From Steroidobacteraceae bacterium (GTDB taxonomy: Bacteria > Pseudomonadota > Gammaproteobacteria > Steroidobacterales > Steroidobacteraceae), in NCBI GenBank assembly GCA_052143815.1, contig JBKQSA010000103.1:53763-117762 (forward strand): a stretch of 64,000 nucleotides of DNA. The letters run 5' to 3'. This document shows positions 63,016 through 64,000 of the stretch, piece by piece. Positions within the stretch are counted from its first letter, which is position 1; every line of letters begins with the position of its first letter. Both the position numbers and the translations under genes were made by a program. Under the pieces are notes generated by a model. That model did no database searches. It worked only from the letters and a program-made list of their open reading frames with translations, and had not been told where the DNA came from.

Positions 63016-64000
63016 TCAATGCCGGCTGCCGGCCAGCGCCCGAATGATCTCCGTTTCGCTGCACACGCCGATGATCTTGCCGCCGTCCGAGAGCAGCACG
63101 GGATGCCCGGTGGCCTGGCGCAATTGAATGATCGATTGCAGGGAGAACGAGGCGGGCGCCACCACGAGACCGGGTTCCACGCTCGAGAGCGCCGAGTCGT
63201 CGTGAACATGACGCAATGCATGCGCAACACCGTCGAAATGCAGGTCGAGCGGTTCATCCGAAGAACCGATGGCCAATCGGTATCGGCGTCGCTCATCCAG
63301 CCACAGCATATTGCCTTCCTGGGCCATGTTCGCCCGCTCGCACATAATCATGCTGCCGGTCAGCACGTCGAGCGGGTTCATGTGGCGCACGAATTCGGCG
63401 ACATAATCGTCAGCCGGCGCCAATACGATGTCCTCGGCGGTCCCGGTCTGAATGATGCGGCCGTTCTGGAGAATGGAGATCCGGTCGCCCAGGCGCAGCG
63501 CCTCGTCCAGATCATGACTCACGAATAGGATGGTCTTCTTGACGCGTTCCTGCAGCTCCAGCAATTCACCCTGGAGTTTGCCGCGGATCAGCGGATCGAG
63601 CGCCGAGAACGGCTCGTCCATCAGCAGAATGTCGGCATCCGTGGCAAATGCCCGGGCGAGCCCCACGCGTTGCTGCATCCCGCCGGACAGCTCGCTGACA
63701 TAGCGCTCCGCCCACTGGGACAAGCCCACCAGCTCCAGCTTATCATCGACCACGGTTTTTCTCGTGGCAGAACTCTCGCCGCGCAACTCCAGTCCGAGGC
63801 CGACGTTTTCCCGAACGGTGCGCCAGGGCAGCAGGCCGAACTGTTGAAATACCATTGCGACGCGCTCACGTCGCACGCGGCGCATTTGCGCGGTGTCGCA
63901 CGTGGCGACGTCGATGGCCGTGGACACGGCGTCCGTGTCCACGGCGGCCGAATCGCCGGCATGCACCAGCACATGGCCGCGCGTCACCGGATTCAAGCCG
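63016..64000 (-). CDS. Quaternary-amine (glycine betaine/carnitine/choline) ABC transporter ATPase, ProV/OpuAA-like (5' end outside the window)
   Basis: VAMVFQQFGLLPWRTVRENV, LSGGMQQRVGLARAF, LLMDEPFSALDP and a C-terminal CBS pair. Walker A lies beyond position 64000. Confidence 0.88.
   Translation of the reverse strand, partial: GLNPVTRGHVLVHAGDSAAVDTDAVSTAIDVATCDTAQMRRVRRERVAMVFQQFGLLPWRTVRENVGLGLELRGESSATRKTVVDDKLELVGLSQWAERYVSELSGGMQQRVGLARAFATDADILLMDEPFSALDPLIRGKLQGELLELQERVKKTILFVSHDLDEALRLGDRISILQNGRIIQTGTAEDIVLAPADDYVAEFVRHMNPLDVLTGSMIMCERANMAQEGNMLWLDERRRYRLAIGSSDEPLDLHFDGVAHALRHVHDDSALSSVEPGLVVAPASFSLQSIIQLRQATGHPVLLSDGGKIIGVCSETEIIRALAGSRH

Noticed and set aside
1-64000. Scan for transposases, integrases, phage genes, cas genes, reverse transcriptases and rRNA
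   Set aside because: None of the translated ORFs shows the corresponding signatures (DDE/tyrosine-recombinase motifs, Cas domains, YxDD). The only mobility trace is the tRNA-Leu direct repeat.

Overview
GC-rich proteobacterial chromosomal segment with about 60 protein genes and one tRNA. I saw no rRNA, CRISPR array, transposase or integrase. All family calls come from motifs read by eye in the supplied translations. Start codons are approximate and nothing was searched against a database.

Layout:
- 0-4.8 kb: TetR and LysR regulators, then three consecutive decayed oxidoreductase genes (an N-terminally truncated P450, a frameshifted SDR, an internally deleted aldo/keto reductase) and one intact SDR.
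- 5-11 kb: a thiolase with visibly atypical composition, a VanA/PaO-type Rieske oxygenase, a short Omp85-family barrel, an Old Yellow Enzyme and a small class III cyclase.
- 11.1-12.5 kb: tRNA-Leu(UAA) followed by a 1.3-kb low-GC islet. The islet is bounded by a degenerate copy of the tRNA 3' end and carries an AbrB/MazE-like gene overlapping a gene for a possible nucleotidyltransferase-fold protein.
- 12.5-20.6 kb: c-di-GMP signalling genes (HDOD, 4xPAS-GGDEF-EAL, PAS-like-EAL), an RcnB-like protein, an MFS transporter and a metallophosphoesterase.
- 20.7-27.4 kb: a complete, translationally coupled ccmABCDEFGHI operon.
- 27.4-35.6 kb: an RND pump pair, a CAP-domain protein, MarR plus a DHA2 MFS pump, a CBS protein and crcB.
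- 35.6-64 kb: an amine-catabolic supercluster.

The supercluster contains:
- a scrambled potFGHI putrescine-type importer that is split by a ~10.5-kb insert;
- within that insert, a BetI/TetR regulator fused to a degenerate copy of the neighbouring Rieske oxygenase, a PuuC-like aldehyde dehydrogenase, the Rieske oxygenase itself, a HemL-like aminotransferase, two CrtI-type flavoproteins and a GcvT-like protein;
- a gamma-butyrobetaine/carnitine-type cluster: lcdH-thioesterase fusion, TetR, acyl-CoA dehydrogenase, caiD, an ADP-forming CoA synthetase, a thioesterase and a BKACE enzyme;
- a partial ProV-like ATPase at the right edge.

The most interesting items are the TetR-Rieske fusion, the tRNA-flanked two-gene islet, the CrtI/CrtI/GcvT module and a 46-bp tandem reiteration of the caiD 3' end.
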